The notes below the pieces were generated by a model that was given only the letters and a program-made list of their open reading frames with translations, was not told the DNA's origin and ran no database searches. Source: Chlamydiales bacterium (GTDB lineage Bacteria > Chlamydiota > Chlamydiia > Chlamydiales > JAAZZY01). Taken from it: a DNA stretch of 64,000 nucleotides. The stretch is taken from assembly GCA_965206695.1 (NCBI GenBank), contig CBDBKM010000002.1, positions 1-64,000 of the forward strand, read 5' to 3'. Every line of letters begins with the position of its first letter. The stretch's first letter is position 1. The translations under genes and the position numbers were made by a program. Shown piece after piece: positions 22,624-31,514 of the stretch.

Positions 22624-22722
22624 ATAAATTTCAATTCAACTCGCCTAAATAGTTTATTTTCGTTATGATGCCTGATAGAAACCTTTAAGAAATCAAAGTA
22701 AGATGGACTTAAAATATATTTT

Positions 22723-23859
22723 ATGAAAGAAATAGCAATACTTGGAAGTACGGGATCCGTTGGAAAACAAGCACTGATTATAGCGAAACATTTGAAAAAA
22801 AAACTATCTATAAAAGCTATTTGTGCTCACTCAAATATTGATTTACTAGAGCAACAGGCAAAAGAATTTTATCCTGAAATCATTGGAGTTTATGATAAAG
22901 AAAAAGCTCTCGAATTACAAAAACGTTTACCTGACTTTAAAGTAATTGGCGGCCCTGAAGGCATCGAAGCCGTTGCATCTTATTCTACTGTGGACATCGT
23001 TTTATCTGCTATTGTTGGCACAGCAGGACTTATACCGACAGTCAAAGCCATTATGGCAAATAAAACAGTTGCTCTAGCTAATAAAGAGGTTTTGGTTAGC
23101 GCCGGTGCCTATATTATGCAGCTCTTAAAAGAACATCAGTCACAAATTATACCGGTAGATAGTGAGCATAGTGCTTTGTTTCAATGTCTTGATGGCGAAG
23201 ATATAAACTCTATTAAACGTTTAATTTTAACCGCTTCAGGTGGACCCTTTTTACATTTTTCTGAAAAAGAATTAAGCAATATTTCTGTTGAACAAGCTCT
23301 TAAACACCCTAATTGGGAAATGGGAGCTAAACTCACTATTGATTGTTCCACTTTAATGAACAAAGGCTGCGAGGTTATCGAAGCTCATTGGCTATTTGAT
23401 ATCCCGATGAAAGATATTGACGTTGTCATTCACCCTCAGAGTATTATTCATAGCATGGTTGAATTTAAAGATAATGTCATCATGGCTCAAATGGGCGAAC
23501 CCAATATGGTCACACCTATTCAATACGCTCTTACTTATCCCGATCGATACCCCGGTATCTTGGATACATTCGATTTTACAAAGAATTCTTTGCTACAGTT
23601 TCTTAGACCTGAAGTAGATAAATTTTCTTGTCTCAGGCTAGCTTATCAATCAGTAGAAACCGGAGGATCGCTACCGGCTTATATGAATGCTGCCAATGAA
23701 GTCTTAGTAAGCCGTTTTATACAAAAAAAGATTTCTTGGCATCAGATTGCTCAAAAACTAGAATATTTGATGACACAGCATCGGGTTATTAATGAATTAA
23801 ATATTGAAAATATCTTGGCTATTGATACGCAAGCTCGCGAAGAAGCCAACAACATTTAA
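22723..23859 (+). CDS. dxr: 1-deoxy-D-xylulose 5-phosphate reductoisomerase
   Basis: LGSTGSVG, LANKE, PVDSEHSA, LTASGGPF and HPNWEMG motifs. Confidence 0.97.
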   Translation: MKEIAILGSTGSVGKQALIIAKHLKKKLSIKAICAHSNIDLLEQQAKEFYPEIIGVYDKEKALELQKRLPDFKVIGGPEGIEAVASYSTVDIVLSAIVGTAGLIPTVKAIMANKTVALANKEVLVSAGAYIMQLLKEHQSQIIPVDSEHSALFQCLDGEDINSIKRLILTASGGPFLHFSEKELSNISVEQALKHPNWEMGAKLTIDCSTLMNKGCEVIEAHWLFDIPMKDIDVVIHPQSIIHSMVEFKDNVIMAQMGEPNMVTPIQYALTYPDRYPGILDTFDFTKNSLLQFLRPEVDKFSCLRLAYQSVETGGSLPAYMNAANEVLVSRFIQKKISWHQIAQKLEYLMTQHRVINELNIENILAIDTQAREEANNI

Positions 23860-23876
23860 AGGCCCCTATAATTATT

Positions 23877-25826
23877 ATGATTAGTTTTTTATACATCTTG
23901 TTAGCAGCTTTAGGTTTAGGATTTCTTATTTTTATTCATGAATTGGCTCATTATTGGATGGCCCGTCGAGTAGGAATGAGAGTTGAAGCTTTTAGTATTG
24001 GTTTTGGCAAAGCTCTGATTAGTTGGACCGGGAATGGTGTCAAATGGCAGATTGGTTGGCTCCCCTTCGGAGGCTATGTCAAAATTGCGGGTATGCAAAA
24101 AGAAGGAGATACAGAACCTCATGATATTCCTAACGGATATTTTAGTAAAAAACCGATTGACCGCATTAAAGTTGCAGCAATTGCTCCTATAGTAAATATC
24201 ATTTTAGCCTTTTTATTATTTTCGTCCATCTGGGCTTTAGGTGGCCGAGATAGCCCCTTTAGTGACCATACAAATCGTATTGGCCGGATAGACCCAACAT
24301 CCGAATTGTATTCTGCAGGTATTCGTCCCGGAGATGAAATCAGCTCATATAATGGAAGTACCTATCACGGTTATAAAGACATTTTTCAAGCAGCTATGCT
24401 TGGCGATAAAGAAATACGCCTAAAAGGATACAAAATCAATTACATAAAAGATACCCGCTATCCTTTTGATGTATCCATTAATACCTATCAACATCCTCAA
24501 TCTTTAGAACCGGGTATTTTAACCTCCGGAGTGTTAGCACCGGCAGCATATCTTCTTTATAACCCTCTTAAAGAAAATACACCTAATCCAATTTTAGAAT
24601 CTTCTGCAATGAGCGAGAGTGGTATCAAATATGGTGATCGAATTTTATGGGTGGATGGAGAACTAATTTTTTCTCAAGAACAATTAAACAATATCATTAA
24701 TAGTCCTCAAACTCTATTAACAGTTCACCGAAACGGTAAAACTATCTTATTTCGAGTTCCTCGAGTACAACTGAATCAACTGCGTTTTACAGATTCACAA
24801 AAAAATGAATTAAAAGATTGGCAGTTTGAAGCTAAGATTCAAGCATCATCCAATGACCTTTATATGATCCCCTATTTTTTCTTATCTGATGGAACAGTAG
24901 AAGAACCGATCAGATTTTTTGAAAACTCATCCTTTCATTTCGAATCTCCATCTCCTAGAGCCTCTACTTTGGCCCGTACTCTTTTACCCGGAGATCATAT
25001 TATCGCAGTTGACGGACAACCAACTTCAAGAGGTTTTAATATTTTAACCGCTTTACAAACACATAAAATACATATCATTACTCAAAGTGGGAATGAAAAC
25101 TTACCTATTATTCCTTGGAAATCAGCTAATACCGAATTTGATACTTTTATCGATTGGGAAAATTTGGAAGCAATAGCGAATAGTATTGGAACACCTTCTT
25201 TAAAAGAGCAACAAGGGAAAATGCATCTTTTAAAACCGATCACCCCTCTTCCTATGGATAAAATTGCTGAAGGCCACGAAGGTTATGCCGCCTATCTAGC
25301 AAATCTAGAAGAACAAGAAAAATCAATAGAGGTTATCAAAGATCCTGAAAAGAAGGCTCTTGCCTATAAAAACTTCAAGATGAATAAAAATCGATTATGG
25401 CTGGGGATCAATTTACAAGACCGTATAGTAAACTATAACCCCCTTCCCCATATGATGTTTTATCAGGTAGCTAAAGACATTTGGTCCACTCTTAGTGCTT
25501 TATTTACCGGTCAACTAAATCCAAAATGGCTATCAGGTCCTATTGGTATTGTTCAAATTATGCATCACGGATGGAGTTTAGGTGTTAAAGAAGCTTTCTT
25601 TTGGTTAGCTGTTATTAGTCTAAACTTGGGTATCTTAAACCTATTACCTATTCCTGTTTTAGATGGTGGCCATATTTGTTTCTCCCTGTGGGAAATGATT
25701 ACTCGTAAACGCCTAAAAGCCAAAATAATGGAACGTATGGTTATCCCCTTTGTCGTGTTATTGATAGGTTTTTTTGTTTTTGTTACTTATCATGATGTTT
25801 TACGGTTATTTAAAAGCATTTTCTAA
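23877..25826 (+). CDS. rseP: Site-2 zinc metalloprotease (RseP/YaeL)
   Basis: HELAH, FSIGFG and NLLPIPVLDGGH motifs; PDZ-like region. Confidence 0.95.
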   Translation: MISFLYILLAALGLGFLIFIHELAHYWMARRVGMRVEAFSIGFGKALISWTGNGVKWQIGWLPFGGYVKIAGMQKEGDTEPHDIPNGYFSKKPIDRIKVAAIAPIVNIILAFLLFSSIWALGGRDSPFSDHTNRIGRIDPTSELYSAGIRPGDEISSYNGSTYHGYKDIFQAAMLGDKEIRLKGYKINYIKDTRYPFDVSINTYQHPQSLEPGILTSGVLAPAAYLLYNPLKENTPNPILESSAMSESGIKYGDRILWVDGELIFSQEQLNNIINSPQTLLTVHRNGKTILFRVPRVQLNQLRFTDSQKNELKDWQFEAKIQASSNDLYMIPYFFLSDGTVEEPIRFFENSSFHFESPSPRASTLARTLLPGDHIIAVDGQPTSRGFNILTALQTHKIHIITQSGNENLPIIPWKSANTEFDTFIDWENLEAIANSIGTPSLKEQQGKMHLLKPITPLPMDKIAEGHEGYAAYLANLEEQEKSIEVIKDPEKKALAYKNFKMNKNRLWLGINLQDRIVNYNPLPHMMFYQVAKDIWSTLSALFTGQLNPKWLSGPIGIVQIMHHGWSLGVKEAFFWLAVISLNLGILNLLPIPVLDGGHICFSLWEMITRKRLKAKIMERMVIPFVVLLIGFFVFVTYHDVLRLFKSIF

Positions 25827-25884
25827 CAAATGAAACTCTCTGATATTCGGGCAGCGAAAGAAAAAATTGCTCCTTGGTGATTTT

Positions 25885-26468
25885 TACCTATGATCGTATC
25901 TCATTCGAAATCGTCTATTCTTATTTTTTTATTGACAATGCAAGGCCTCTTGTCAATATCAATCCTATCGGAAATATGTCCTCGACCTGATTGAAAAGAT
26001 CCTCGTCCTTTATATTTCTTGCCTTTGTGTCTTAAATTTTCATATAAACCACCTCTTTTCCGCTGATCTTTTCAAATATACCGATAGACCCTTTCATGGC
26101 TAATAAGTACATCCTCCGTTTTTAACCTGCCTGCTATTTGTGAATAGGACTCCATTGTAATAATAATTTATTTTCCGGCTTTACAAGAATCTCATAGTCC
26201 ATTTTTTTAGTTTAACGACAAGCTATCGATCGTCGTTCTACAGATTTTTTTTTATGCTGAAAAATAAATATACTGTCAGCCATCGCTACTTCTTTTTAAC
26301 TCTCGATAAACGGTAGACCTGCTGACTTTAATTTTTTTGCCTATGTAGTTAATTGAATCTTCTCTTTGTTTTAAAGTATGTATTTAACATCTTTGCTCAT
26401 AGGTTAAATATCGGTAGCCTTTAGGCATAAAAATACCTCTTATTTGTCGCACTATGATATTGAAAGGT
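25885..26468 (-). mobile_element. IS30-family 5' remnant (pseudogene)
   Basis: MPKGYRYLTYEQRC*..SRSTVYRELKR; end sequence resembles the IS30 right end at 9778 and 14501. Confidence 0.8.
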
Positions 26469-26681
26469 GATGATGATTAAACTATCCGCACTTGTTTTTG
26501 TTTCAGGGCTTATATTCCACCCTGAATTAAACCTTTCTTACAATACAGTTTGTACCCTTGCCGGCGAAAATATTGACCCTGCAGTCTGTTTTCAATTGAT
26601 AAAAGATATTTAATTAACTATCGTCCCAAAAATAGAGTCTTTTAATATGCGCGCTGATGGTGAGGTAAAGGGTTAAAAACA

Positions 26682-26963
26682 TGCGATCCCATTGCTATAG
26701 AAGAATACTTCCACACCTCATGTAGCAAAGAAGCGATTCAAGCCGCAATAACTATCGATCTACAACACGATAATAAAGACAGGGATAAAAAAGTTGAGTG
26801 TCCGATTTTGGTTTTATGGTCTAAAAAAGGTACAATGGAAGAAAACTGTGATGTGATTCAACGTTGGCGTGAATGGACAAACCATGTTGAAGGGCAAGCT
26901 ATTGATTGCGGACATTTTATTCAAGAAGATGTGCCTGAAGAAACTTTTCAACTACTTAAATAA
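26682..26963 (+). pseudogene. C-terminal remnant of a haloacetate dehalogenase-like alpha/beta hydrolase
   Basis: AAITIDLQHD..KVECPILVLW..DVIQRWREW..GQAIDCGHFIQEDVPEET; no start codon. Confidence 0.7.
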
Positions 26964-26993
26964 CCGGTTATCAAAAGAAATTGGAGATCATTA

Positions 26994-27935
26994 ATGTCAA
27001 GAAACCCTATCCTACCCGAATATAGCGGTCGAATACCTCATATAAGGCCGACCCCCCTATTACCTATAAGACTATATGATCACTCCCCTGAAATTTGGTG
27101 TAAATTAGAATTCCTTAATCCAAGTGGATCCGTAAAAGATAGGATAGCTCGCTATATATTAGAAAAAGCCTGGCGAAAAGGTATTATAGGCCCCAATTCT
27201 ACAGTCATCGAAGCTTCTAGTGGTTCAACAAGTATTGCTCTTGCGCGAGTTTGTGCACAATATCATATCAAATTTATAGCTGTCGTACCAAGAGGCATCA
27301 GTGATGAACGCATTCTGATTCTCAACGCCTACGGTGCTATCATTCATTTTGTTGAAAAAGGTGGTATGGAAGAGGCCATTCAAGAAGCAGAAAAATTAAA
27401 TAAGCAAATAAAAGGGTTTTTAACAAGACAGTTTGAAAATCCGGATAATGTAAACGCTCATATCATTGGGACAGGAAATGAAATATTGAATCAAATTCCG
27501 GGTGGACAAATTGAGTGTGTTGTTAGTGGAGTCGGAACAGGAGGCACTTTAGTTGGCCTGTATAACGCCTTTACCGAAGTGGGTTGTTTAATTAAGCCCA
27601 TAGCAGCGATTCCCATTGGGACATCCGTGATTAATGATACGGAATGTTATAGTCATAGCAAACGGATACCCGGAGTTGTAGAAGGTCTCTCCAAAATATA
27701 TCAAAATTCCATTCTCCCGGATCTGGAAGAAATCCGGATCGATGATGACGAAGCGATTAAAGTAACTAGAGACCTAATAAAAAAAGGCATCCCTGTAGGA
27801 CCTAGCTCAGGGTTAAATTATGCAGCTGCTTTAAAAGCACAAAAAATACTTGGTGACGATGCTGTCATTGTCACTGTTTTTTGCGATCGGATGGAGCGAT
27901 ACTTTTCTACTGAATTATTCCATCACTTAAAATGA
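26994..27935 (+). CDS. PLP-dependent cysteine synthase family protein
   Basis: KLEFLNPSGSVKDR, EASSGST, GVGTGGT and VGPSSG motifs. Confidence 0.9.
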   Translation: MSRNPILPEYSGRIPHIRPTPLLPIRLYDHSPEIWCKLEFLNPSGSVKDRIARYILEKAWRKGIIGPNSTVIEASSGSTSIALARVCAQYHIKFIAVVPRGISDERILILNAYGAIIHFVEKGGMEEAIQEAEKLNKQIKGFLTRQFENPDNVNAHIIGTGNEILNQIPGGQIECVVSGVGTGGTLVGLYNAFTEVGCLIKPIAAIPIGTSVINDTECYSHSKRIPGVVEGLSKIYQNSILPDLEEIRIDDDEAIKVTRDLIKKGIPVGPSSGLNYAAALKAQKILGDDAVIVTVFCDRMERYFSTELFHHLK

Positions 27936-27949
27936 TTTAATCTATTTAT

Positions 27950-28224
27950 GATAATCAAGCGAAAAAACCCTTTGCTTTAGCATTGGGATAAGAGCGTGTT
28001 TCTCTTGTATTAAACAGTTCTTCTTGTTTAAATGCTTTTGTTTTTCAAAATTACCGTAGGGCAAACAGGAAGGGTTTCGTAAAAACCCCTAGCCTTGAAA
28101 AGGGCTACTACTACAAAACGAGAGTAATCCTACTTTAATTTAAAGTCGGTTGGTAGAGGATTAAAAGAATCTCCTAACCATGAGGGATGGGAATCCATCG
28201 GCTTTAGTCGTTGAAGGAAGTCAA
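27950..28224 (+). mobile_element. Non-autonomous IS200/IS605 miniature element with an omegaRNA-like right end
   Basis: TTAT plus left-end hairpin; accgtagggc... scaffold; ggctttagtc hairpin ending in TCAA; no ORF. Confidence 0.75.
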
Positions 28225-28230
28225 TTAACA

Positions 28231-28842
28231 TCATTGCTCCACAAGCTCTTTAGTACATATTGGCATTTTAATTCCTGATCGATCTAACTGACTCACATAA
28301 CAATTGTGACAAGCAGGAAAATACTTTTCTTCTGCTCCCAGATCTACTGAGGGACCATCTACAATTGCCATACCATTGACATGTTTAAGATTAAAAATCG
28401 CTTTCTTATTGCAAAAAGCACAGGTTGTTTTAATCTCTTCAATCGTATCAGCAAGCTCAAATAATCGTTTTGCTCCATCAAATAGATTAGTTTTGAAATC
28501 TGATCTCAGCCCATAGCAAATAACGGGAATATTTTTGGTTAAAGAAATATCACGCAATTGATCAATAACATAAGGACTTACAAATTGTGCTTCATCTATA
28601 AGGATGCAGTCAATGCCCTCATAATTATTTTTTTTAATATCGCTATCCACTGATAATAACACATCTGCTTGTTTTTCTAAACCGGCCCGGGACATGATCT
28701 TTTCTTGGCCGAAACGATCATCTAAAACCGGTTTCATTAAAATAACCTCTTTACCTTGTTGACGATAGTTATGCGCTACCGCCAGCAGATTTAAGGTCTT
28801 AGCACTCCCCACTGTCCCATGTCGAAAATATAATTTTGCCAC
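28231..28842 (-). CDS. tdk: Thymidine kinase
   Basis: AKLYFRHGTVGSAKT, IDEAQF, YGLRSDF and zinc-binding CxxC motifs. Confidence 0.95.
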   Translation of the reverse strand: MAKLYFRHGTVGSAKTLNLLAVAHNYRQQGKEVILMKPVLDDRFGQEKIMSRAGLEKQADVLLSVDSDIKKNNYEGIDCILIDEAQFVSPYVIDQLRDISLTKNIPVICYGLRSDFKTNLFDGAKRLFELADTIEEIKTTCAFCNKKAIFNLKHVNGMAIVDGPSVDLGAEEKYFPACHNCYVSQLDRSGIKMPICTKELVEQ

Positions 28843-28957
28843 CTCACTACCTCCCCGTTCAGACCTCGTTAAAGGCTGTATTATTTACAAAACTATTTAT
28901 ATTAATAACTTAGACTCTAAAAGTAAATATACTTCCTATAGCTCAGACATTAACTAA

Positions 28958-29033
28958 CTCACCTTACACACGCACTCTCGTAAAGAGCGTTTGATTCTGT
29001 AGCCCGCCCGGTAGAAAAGGTGCGTAAGGTGAG
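28958..29033. mobile_element. 76-bp MITE-like hairpin element
   Basis: 14-bp TIRs ctcaccttacacac / gtgcgtaaggtgag (1 mismatch), flanked by direct repeat taactaa. Confidence 0.65.
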
Positions 29034-29139
29034 TAACTAAATATTTCAACTAAAATGCTTTAACTTAATTTCATCCGATTGCTATATTGGTTAGTTCTAT
29101 CAAAAAAACACTCTTTTCATTTATTTCCCCCCTCCAACA

Positions 29140-30054
29140 ATGATCTTAATCCTAATAATGAACGTTGCCTTTGCCTTAAGTTTTGTCATCGGCAAAACCA
29201 CTCTGCAGTATGTACAACCTTTTTTTTTTACTGCTGTACGTATGATTCTAGCAGGAACAATCATTTTGACTTTTCAAGTTGTTTTTCAACGAAAAAAAAT
29301 TTATCTGCATAGAAAATGCCGGGCACCAATTGCATTACTGGCTCTTTTTAATATTTTTTTGACCAATGGATTAGAATGTTGGGGACTGAAATATCTTTCT
29401 TCATCGAAAACTTGTTTTTTTTATACGATATGTCCTTGCTTAGCAGGCCTTTTCTCTCATTTTTTCTTGAAAGAAAAAATGAGTAAAAAAAAATGGCTCT
29501 CTCTTTCAATTGCCTTTATCGGATTTATCCCTATATTACTATATAAAACAGCCGATGAAAGTTTAGTTCCCACCTCTTTCTTTTTTTCTTTAGCAGAAAT
29601 AGTTATGGGCTTTGCTGTTATCTCTACAGTATCAGGATGGATTATCATGCGCTATACCGTAGCCCATCTAAGCTATTGTCCACTTATGGCAAATGGAGTA
29701 AGCATGATAGGAGGCGGCTTCCTATCTCTTATCATATCTCTTTGCTTTGAGAGCTATCAACCAATACCGGTCATTGATATGTCTCATTTTTTTACCGGAT
29801 TGATCTTTCTTGTTATTGTAGGCAGCTTAATCGGATATAATGTAAAAGCTACTCTTTTAAAAAAATACTCCACACCCTTTATTGCTTTAACCGAATTATT
29901 ATCCCCTATTATAACGGCTATTTTTGGTTATTTTATTTTACAAGAAGAAATTTCAATACCTTTCATAGCATCTGCTTTAATCGTTTTTTGGGGATTGTTC
30001 AAATTCTATCAGGAAGAGATGGAATGGAGAAAAAATATCCTCTATACTCATTAA
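29140..30054 (+). CDS. DMT/EamA family transporter
   Basis: About 10 TM segments; RMILAG and LKEK motifs. Confidence 0.88.
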   Translation: MILILIMNVAFALSFVIGKTTLQYVQPFFFTAVRMILAGTIILTFQVVFQRKKIYLHRKCRAPIALLALFNIFLTNGLECWGLKYLSSSKTCFFYTICPCLAGLFSHFFLKEKMSKKKWLSLSIAFIGFIPILLYKTADESLVPTSFFFSLAEIVMGFAVISTVSGWIIMRYTVAHLSYCPLMANGVSMIGGGFLSLIISLCFESYQPIPVIDMSHFFTGLIFLVIVGSLIGYNVKATLLKKYSTPFIALTELLSPIITAIFGYFILQEEISIPFIASALIVFWGLFKFYQEEMEWRKNILYTH

Positions 30055-30060
30055 TATCAA

Positions 30061-30233
30061 TTACCCTTTAATGATTAAATGCGGTTTTAAGCGAATACAT
30101 CCGGCCTCTTCAACGGCTTTTATAACGGTCTCTACATCTCTTATAAGCGTCCGACACCTTCTACTATCGTCTTAAACGCCACCACGTGTACACCCTGTTT
30201 TTTCATGTGTTCTATTTGATCTTTTCCTTTCCA
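30061..30233 (-). pseudogene. rtcB: C-terminal remnant of RtcB-family RNA ligase
   Basis: WKGKDQIEHMKKQGVHV..KTIVE/SDAYK/DVETVIKAVEEAG..RLKP..IIKG*, the typical RtcB tail. Confidence 0.6.
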
Positions 30234-30235
30234 AG

Positions 30236-30399
30236 CGGCTAATGGATAATGCTTCTGCTGTTTTTTGATAGCTCCAACCTTTATCATACGGCAATACCGC
30301 TTTAATACGATCACGAATATGAGCATCTTTTTCGTATGTATGTTGTTCTACAAGCCTTTGTCGCTGTGTTTGATCTAAAAAATGTTTTATGCCCGGCAT
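30236..30399 (-). mobile_element. IS630-like transposase N-terminal remnant
   Basis: RDRIKAVL.YDKGWSYQK.AEAL.IS helix-turn-helix motif. Confidence 0.6.
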
Positions 30400-30526
30400 T
30401 ATGGAATAATTTAAAATATATTTTTAACCCTTCAAAAATTATGTGTATAGAAAGAGCAAAAGTATAAAAAATAACGAAACCCAACTCGTCTGTAAGAGAT
30501 TTAAAAAAGAATTGGGTTATAAGAAT

Positions 30527-31498
30527 TTAGTTGCGTGTATAAAGATCAAACTCGGCTTTACTAACTAGCTTATCATCTAAATACCATTGAGTAGTAGTGA
30601 CATTCTCTACAAATGTTTTAGTCGAGCCATGTCTTTTATCATATTTCCATGAAATTTCTTGTACAAGATCTTTTCCATCTTTAAAGCATTGCTCCATCCC
30701 ATGTTTTTTCCCATTTAAGAATGGGCGCTCAGAATACTTAATACCATTTTTAAAAGTTATAGTGATTCCTTGTTGCACGCCATTTTTCCATTCTTCGAAC
30801 TGAGAAGGGATTCCGCCCATCAAATAGTTCTTTTTTAATCCATGAATACTACCGTCTTTAAAATAAGTTAAAGATCTGGGATCTCCATTTCGATAATAGG
30901 TAGTACTGAGATATAGCTGCCCTTTTGTGATATTATCTTTAGAAATAAGTTCACCAAATTCGTCTCGCTTTATTTTAAGTCCTTCTCCATCTTCAACTCT
31001 TGCTTCAATTTGATTATTATTAGCAAAGTATTGAGCAGAAGTTAAAAGCCGGCTCCTTGTTTCTTCAACAAATTGAGGATTGCCATTTTCATACCAGTGA
31101 GTTGTGATAATATGATAAGCTGATAAGTACTCAATTTTTTCTTTAGGTACTCCTGAAAGATAATGAAATGTTTCAGAAACTAATGTGCCATTATCATAGG
31201 TTTCTTCTTTGGCAATCGTAAAACTATGTGGAAAGGTATAAGAACACGTGCCTTCTAATATTCCTTTTATGTAGTTTTTAGCAACAATGACACCATCTTT
31301 TCTTGTAGTAATGATCTGCCCGTTACGCCCTCTAACTTCCCAATCTTCTTTATCAACAGGAACGCCATATTTATGAATATAAGCTGTTTTAACCGCTTCT
31401 GATTGTAGACTATTTCTACAGGCAGAAGTAAAACACGCTATTAAAATAAGAAAGACTAATGAAATATTTCTTTTTTGAACTGTTATAATAGCTTCCAT
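30527..31498 (-). CDS. MORN-like repeat (YwqK family) lipoprotein
   Basis: Lipobox TSAC; repeated YYxNG/KxG units; YIHKYGV motif. Confidence 0.8.
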   Translation of the reverse strand: MEAIITVQKRNISLVFLILIACFTSACRNSLQSEAVKTAYIHKYGVPVDKEDWEVRGRNGQIITTRKDGVIVAKNYIKGILEGTCSYTFPHSFTIAKEETYDNGTLVSETFHYLSGVPKEKIEYLSAYHIITTHWYENGNPQFVEETRSRLLTSAQYFANNNQIEARVEDGEGLKIKRDEFGELISKDNITKGQLYLSTTYYRNGDPRSLTYFKDGSIHGLKKNYLMGGIPSQFEEWKNGVQQGITITFKNGIKYSERPFLNGKKHGMEQCFKDGKDLVQEISWKYDKRHGSTKTFVENVTTTQWYLDDKLVSKAEFDLYTRN

Positions 31499-31514
31499 AT
31501 CAAGCTCCTTGGAT

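Noticed and set aside
28958..29033. SRP RNA, tRNA, IhtA or a known riboswitch
   Set aside because: No SRP helix-8 motif, no cloverleaf or T-loop and no recognised aptamer consensus. The flanking direct repeats favour a MITE.
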